From assembly GCA_902528215.1 (NCBI GenBank), contig CABZRR010000003.1, positions 20,954-84,953 on the forward strand: a DNA stretch of 64,000 nt. Reading direction: 5' to 3'. Positions 59,862 through 64,000 of the stretch are shown here, piece by piece. The notes under the pieces were generated by a model. That model was not told the DNA's origin, did no database searches, and saw only the letters and a program-made list of their open reading frames with translations. The stretch's first letter is position 1, and the number at the start of each line of letters is the position of its first letter. The translations under genes and the position numbers were made by a program. This DNA comes from an uncultured SAR86 cluster bacterium (GTDB lineage: Bacteria > Pseudomonadota > Gammaproteobacteria > Magnimaribacterales > D2472).

Positions 59862-61958
59862 TTATAACGGGATTATCTCTAAATCGCTCGAGTCAGGTAT
59901 ATACCAAATTGGGGAGGACCACGCCCGCTCTTGAATTGTTTCATGCAGATCGGGCCTTGGTTTTACTCCAGCTTTCAATGCATCCCAAGTAGACCACCTG
60001 CAAGTCGGATTTTCTAGAACTCGAACATAGTAAAAAGCCTTTACGGCTGGATCAAAGTCTGGATCTGCCCAAGTAGTTTTGAGCTCTCCTGCTCCAACAT
60101 CATTGGAAATAGAGCAATCATTAATATTTACTCTTGCTCCATTATCAGGACAGCGATTAGTTATAGGATCTGCTACTAGGCCATCCGAACATGCAACATC
60201 GTAAATCTTTTCTTTTGGAGTACCAGAGGCAGTTTCAACCCACCCCTTGATAATTTGAACCCTTTGGAGAGGTGCTCCTAATTTATCCCGTTGAGCCCAT
60301 ACTAAAAATTGAGGAGTCTGATTAGCTTGACTGAATAAATCAGCGCCCATGGTAACCCCTTTTGCATATGCATTTTTAATCATATCTTCAGAATTCAAAT
60401 CAATTGATTCCATATCAAAGCCAGCAAAGAACCTTACTGCTATTCTAGTTCCTGTTGTTGCAAATGTTTCTTTTCTTTTAAATGCTTGAAAAATAGAATC
60501 TCGAGTATTTTCTTCAGCCCAAGCTACTGCCAATCCTGATGCACCCCATTGATCAAAGCCGACATCAGCATAAGTTTTGCCTTCAATTTCTTTTGTGCTC
60601 AGTGGCTGATTGAAGTCTAATGAATATTGTGTGAGTTGATCAATTCTATCCTGTGATAGAGGTACGCTTCCTCTTCCCATATCTGTACCATCAAGAACAC
60701 CAACTTTAGACCAATAATTATTTTCATCGAATGCACCTGCTCCAGTATGCGTATCACTTGAACCTATTAAGCCAAATTTATATGGGTTACCACGGCCTTC
60801 CCACTCTAAAGTTAAACCTCTTAGAAAAGCATCTCTAACATAGCCACCTTGGGGCATGCTATAAGTTGGTGGCCTGCTACCGACTCTTTTATCCATGATT
60901 TCAAAATCAGCCCATTCATCATCCGGAGAGAGTAAGGGATGAGTGTCGGATGTTCCTTTGACCTGAGTCATTTCAACAACAGGCTCATTTCTCATTCTCT
61001 TTTCTGAATATTCTTTACTCATAGGATTTCCTCTATATGTCTCTACCTCAAACATTTGACCATTTGAGCCATTGCTATTGTGAGGCATAGCCAAAGAATC
61101 AACACCTTTGTCTCTTAAGCTGTCCATCCATGTCCAAAGATCTTCTGGGTTAAGAGAATCAATTCTTGTCCAAGGCCTAATTGGAGCATTGGAAGAATTA
61201 AAAATAACATTTCGATGCAAATTACCGCCTTCTACCTCTGTTGAGGTCGTATACTCATAACCAATGAAGGTTGTGAAATTTCCTGGATCATTGAATTCTT
61301 CTGCGGCTTTCGCTACATCTGCCCATGCAGACTTGTGAACATCATAATCAAATGAGGTTAAAGCAAGTTGAATATTATTTGTTAGCCATGCTCCTAAATA
61401 GTTTGGATGCCACCAAGGGTAAGGTTTATTAATAATTTCTCTACTTAATACAGAGCTAAATAAATCAGCTCGCTCTCCAGTTGATTCAACGGTTACATTC
61501 TCAGGCCTATTTATATTATGAATAGGTTTTGTCCACTCATTTTTAGACATCTTTGACGAAGTATCAGCATAATTTTCAATCATACCCATATAAAAACCAT
61601 GATCAGTCACCGCATAAAAATCCAATGGCTCTTTCAATTTCATATCAAAGCCTAAGGGATGTTTAATTGCTTCACCAGTAGCAAACCTATATGCATCATA
61701 TGGAGTTGCAGTTACTCCAAAAATATATGCATCAAATGAATACTTAGTATGAACATGCAAATCACCATAGTACGGATTTCTGTATGGATTAGATGGAATA
61801 TCAGTATCGACTGAAGAATTTTCGATTGAGAAATCTACTATCTCTAAAGCCGATTCTCTCTGGAATATACTAAAGGAGTTAGTTGCATATAGATAAAATA
61901 TAAAGGAGACAATAATTAATCCAATAGAAGATTTGCTAAGTTTCATTTTTCCCACCAT
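59862..61958 (-). CDS. DUF3604 family protein (exported, PHP-like His-rich motifs), copy 1
   Basis: 698 aa with an N-terminal hydrophobic segment, plus YYGDLHVHTKYSFDAY, FYAVTDHG and the C-terminal ERAWSSPIWY. The alternative start ATG 61946 (MKLSK) is preceded by GGTGGG. Confidence 0.7.
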   Translation of the reverse strand: MVGKMKLSKSSIGLIIVSFIFYLYATNSFSIFQRESALEIVDFSIENSSVDTDIPSNPYRNPYYGDLHVHTKYSFDAYIFGVTATPYDAYRFATGEAIKHPLGFDMKLKEPLDFYAVTDHGFYMGMIENYADTSSKMSKNEWTKPIHNINRPENVTVESTGERADLFSSVLSREIINKPYPWWHPNYLGAWLTNNIQLALTSFDYDVHKSAWADVAKAAEEFNDPGNFTTFIGYEYTTSTEVEGGNLHRNVIFNSSNAPIRPWTRIDSLNPEDLWTWMDSLRDKGVDSLAMPHNSNGSNGQMFEVETYRGNPMSKEYSEKRMRNEPVVEMTQVKGTSDTHPLLSPDDEWADFEIMDKRVGSRPPTYSMPQGGYVRDAFLRGLTLEWEGRGNPYKFGLIGSSDTHTGAGAFDENNYWSKVGVLDGTDMGRGSVPLSQDRIDQLTQYSLDFNQPLSTKEIEGKTYADVGFDQWGASGLAVAWAEENTRDSIFQAFKRKETFATTGTRIAVRFFAGFDMESIDLNSEDMIKNAYAKGVTMGADLFSQANQTPQFLVWAQRDKLGAPLQRVQIIKGWVETASGTPKEKIYDVACSDGLVADPITNRCPDNGARVNINDCSISNDVGAGELKTTWADPDFDPAVKAFYYVRVLENPTCRWSTWDALKAGVKPRPDLHETIQERAWSSPIWYIPDSSDLEIIPL

Positions 61959-62054
61959 TTATATCTATGAAGCCCAATTATTATGTCAATTGTAGGACTA
62001 AAAATGCAAGAATGCTTATACTAGGTTTTAAAAAATTTAGAGAAAAATCTTAAA

Positions 62055-63398
62055 ATGATTAAATATTTCAGAAATTTTATGGCAAGGCGAACGTTAGGTG
62101 CAAACTTACGAAATAAAATAATGAATACATTTTCCAGTTATGAAATTTTTAAAGATACTAGAGCAAAAGCAGAAGCTTCGAGACAAAATGATCAAAGGTC
62201 TCATGAAGTTTTATATTTTCATAAAGTTGATGATCCTTATTCGCATCTAACGATTCAATCGATTAATAAGCTTCAAGCATCGTTTGATATTGAGTTGAAG
62301 CCAGTATTGGTAGGTGAAGAAAGTTTGGAGGCACTGCATGAACCGACTTTATACAATTATTACTGTCTTCAAGATGTCCAACGAATTGCACCATTTTATG
62401 ACATTGAATTTCCAGCAAAATCCTATCCAGCTAGAGAACTCGTCATCATAGCTAACTCAATTCTGTCCGCAGTTGACGAACAAAATTTTGTGGATATAGC
62501 TACCCAAGTAAGTTTTGCTCTGTGGAGTGGAGATTCTGAAAAACTTGATGCTATTTCTTCCACCTACTTTGCGACATCAGGCCAAATTAAGGAAAAGTTA
62601 AACAATGGCAACGAAATTAGAAATGGAAAAGGTTATTATTTTGGTTCAGCTTTTTATTATGAAAAAGAACTATATTGGGGCTTAGATCGACTACCATATT
62701 TAGAAGAAAGACTGACTGAGCTTGGTGCAAGAAAAAAATCTGAAAACAATGAAATCTACCCTCTGAAACTAAAAGCTCCCAAAACATTAATTTCTGAAAA
62801 AAAAGTTAATCTTTATTACTATCCCTCATTAAATAGCCCTTATACCTTTGTTAGTACAAAAAGAATAAGAGAGATTCGAGATGAGTATCCTATTAATTTA
62901 CATATGAAACCAGTTTTACCTATGCTTATGAGGATGATGAATATACCAACTAACAAAGCAAAATATATTCTCTCAGATGCTGCAAGAGAAGGAAGAAAAT
63001 ATGCACATGAAATGAAAACTATTTATTCTCCAATTGGAAAACCAGCAAGAAAGTCATATTCACTGTTTCCAGCAATTGATAAGGATGGAAAAGGCTTTGA
63101 ATATATTGAAGCTTTGCTTAAAGCTTCCTTTCAAGATGGAATAAACATTGGCGATGATAATTTTTTAGAACAACTGGTTATAGATTTAGGTCTTGATTGG
63201 ACAATGATAAGCAAAGATCTAAATTCAAAACACTGGAAAAAAATACTCAATGATAACGTTGAAGATATGTACTCAGGAAATTGCTGGGGTGTTCCAAGTT
63301 TTAAAATTACCAATGAGGATGGCACTGATCCATTTTATGTCTGGGGTCAGGATAGAATTTGGTTATTAAAAGAGGAGATCGCTAGGCGTTTGTCATAA
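62055..63398 (+). CDS. tandem DsbA-like / 2-hydroxychromene-2-carboxylate isomerase (kappa-GST-like) domain protein
   Basis: Two repeats, each with beta1 plus (D/S)PY(S/T) in place of CxxC (FHKVDDPYSH; YPSLNSPYTF). Each ends in a (Y/V)WG(L/Q)DR(L/I) block (LYWGLDRLPYLE; YVWGQDRIWLLKE). The second also has CWGVPSF. There is no signal peptide, and the exact start is uncertain. Confidence 0.65.
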   Translation: MIKYFRNFMARRTLGANLRNKIMNTFSSYEIFKDTRAKAEASRQNDQRSHEVLYFHKVDDPYSHLTIQSINKLQASFDIELKPVLVGEESLEALHEPTLYNYYCLQDVQRIAPFYDIEFPAKSYPARELVIIANSILSAVDEQNFVDIATQVSFALWSGDSEKLDAISSTYFATSGQIKEKLNNGNEIRNGKGYYFGSAFYYEKELYWGLDRLPYLEERLTELGARKKSENNEIYPLKLKAPKTLISEKKVNLYYYPSLNSPYTFVSTKRIREIRDEYPINLHMKPVLPMLMRMMNIPTNKAKYILSDAAREGRKYAHEMKTIYSPIGKPARKSYSLFPAIDKDGKGFEYIEALLKASFQDGINIGDDNFLEQLVIDLGLDWTMISKDLNSKHWKKILNDNVEDMYSGNCWGVPSFKITNEDGTDPFYVWGQDRIWLLKEEIARRLS

Positions 63399-63405
63399 GA
63401 CTATT

Positions 63406-64000
63406 ATGAAAATCAAAGAAATTTATTTTATTTTGTCTTTTTTTCTAGTAGCAGCATGTTCTGATTCAAGTAACTCAAAAAATATAATTAAACCTATAGA
63501 AGTTAAGCCCATAGTGGAAAAACTCAATATTGTTAGGCCTTTACCTAATCCAAATAAAAATGCTTATTTTGGTGATCTACATGTTCACACTGGAAATTCA
63601 TTTGACGCTTACACTTTTGGAACAATCAATACTCCAAAAGATGCTTACAAATATGCTCGAGGCCATGCAATAGTCCATCCAAGTGGGTATTTGATTCAAC
63701 TAAGCAGACCTTTAGATTTTTATGCTGTAACTGATCATGGAATTTTTATGGGATTAATGAAAGTTGCAGCAGATACGACATCTGAGTTCTCAAAATATGA
63801 ATTTACCAAGCCTTTACATAATCTGAATGAATCCGTGGATACCGGTATTATTTCCTTGATTAAAAGAGGAAATATTTTCAGACCCTTTTATAGAAAAGTT
63901 ACCGAGGGACTAGAGGATGGATCAATTGATGGCTCGCTAATAGAAAAAGTCGAAAGATCAGTATGGCAACAAACCATTGAAGCTGCAGACAATGCTTATA
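63406..64000 (+). CDS. DUF3604 family lipoprotein, copy 2 (5' part; continues past the window end)
   Basis: This ORF is not in the supplied track because it has no stop in the window. I translated it by hand from ATG 63406: MKIKEIYFILSFFLVAACSDS (lipobox LVAAC) ...AYFGDLHVHTGNSFDAY...LDFYAVTDHGIFMG... It stays open to base 64000. In a hand count, 41 of 63 aligned residues are identical to copy 1. Confidence 0.8.
   Translation, partial: MKIKEIYFILSFFLVAACSDSSNSKNIIKPIEVKPIVEKLNIVRPLPNPNKNAYFGDLHVHTGNSFDAYTFGTINTPKDAYKYARGHAIVHPSGYLIQLSRPLDFYAVTDHGIFMGLMKVAADTTSEFSKYEFTKPLHNLNESVDTGIISLIKRGNIFRPFYRKVTEGLEDGSIDGSLIEKVERSVWQQTIEAADNAY

Noticed and set aside
61975-61992. The inverted repeat CAATT-N8-AATTG in the divergent DUF3604 / DsbA-like intergenic region, as a metal-regulator (Fur, Zur or NikR) operator.
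   Set aside because: The arms are only 5 bp and AT-rich, and the sequence does not match the Fur, Zur or NikR consensus as I remember them. It is indistinguishable from chance.
1-64000. CRISPR arrays, tandem or interspersed nucleotide repeats, IS elements, prophage genes, and toxin-antitoxin or other defence genes.
   Set aside because: I saw no repeat-spacer periodicity, and no transposase, integrase, reverse transcriptase or nuclease-NTPase defence-like ORFs. Every ORF of 110 aa or more is accounted for by a housekeeping or metabolic assignment. The paralogs (NMO, crotonase, GST, DUF3604, HupE-like, parvulin-like) are diverged at the protein level, not nucleotide repeats.

Overview
This is a 64-kb stretch of a very AT-rich chromosome (roughly one-third G+C by eye, not computed). 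It is extremely gene-dense and gammaproteobacterial in gene order, which resembles Pseudomonas. A streamlined marine lineage such as SAR86 is a guess only. I call about 70 protein genes and one RNA gene, the tmRNA ssrA.

Bases 1-41.5 kb are core housekeeping genes:
- the rpoA 3' end and rplQ
- uvrA/ssb
- fabA-fabB
- ispB divergent from rplU-rpmA-obg
- rpsT, ssrA and smpB
- ratA-like, bamE and fur
- grpE-dnaK-dnaJ-dapB behind a near-consensus sigma-32 promoter
- an unbroken 19-kb co-directional block: rpsB-tsf-pyrH-frr-uppS-cdsA-dxr-rseP-bamA-skp-lpxD-fabZ-lpxA-lpxB-rnhB-dnaE-accA-tilS
- leuA, and a cryptic holD candidate followed by rimI

Bases 41.5-64 kb are accessory redox, lipid and detoxification genes: three GSTs, two nitronate monooxygenases, a FATP-like acyl-CoA synthetase, and LLM, SDR, MBL, DUF1330 and DUF2855 proteins.

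The most interesting content is a repeated, uncharacterised exported module: a membrane-anchored parvulin plus a HupE/UreJ-like permease that carries a periplasmic N-domain. One copy is co-operonic with a DUF3604 (PHP-like) protein. The other copy has an ElaA-type GNAT domain fused to the parvulin. A second DUF3604 paralog, a lipoprotein, runs off the 3' end of the window.

I found no rRNA, tRNA, CRISPR array, transposase, integrase, phage gene or recognisable defence gene, and no convincing Rho-independent terminators. Several convergent gene pairs share a TTAA stop. All family assignments come from motif recognition by eye and need HMM or BLAST confirmation.
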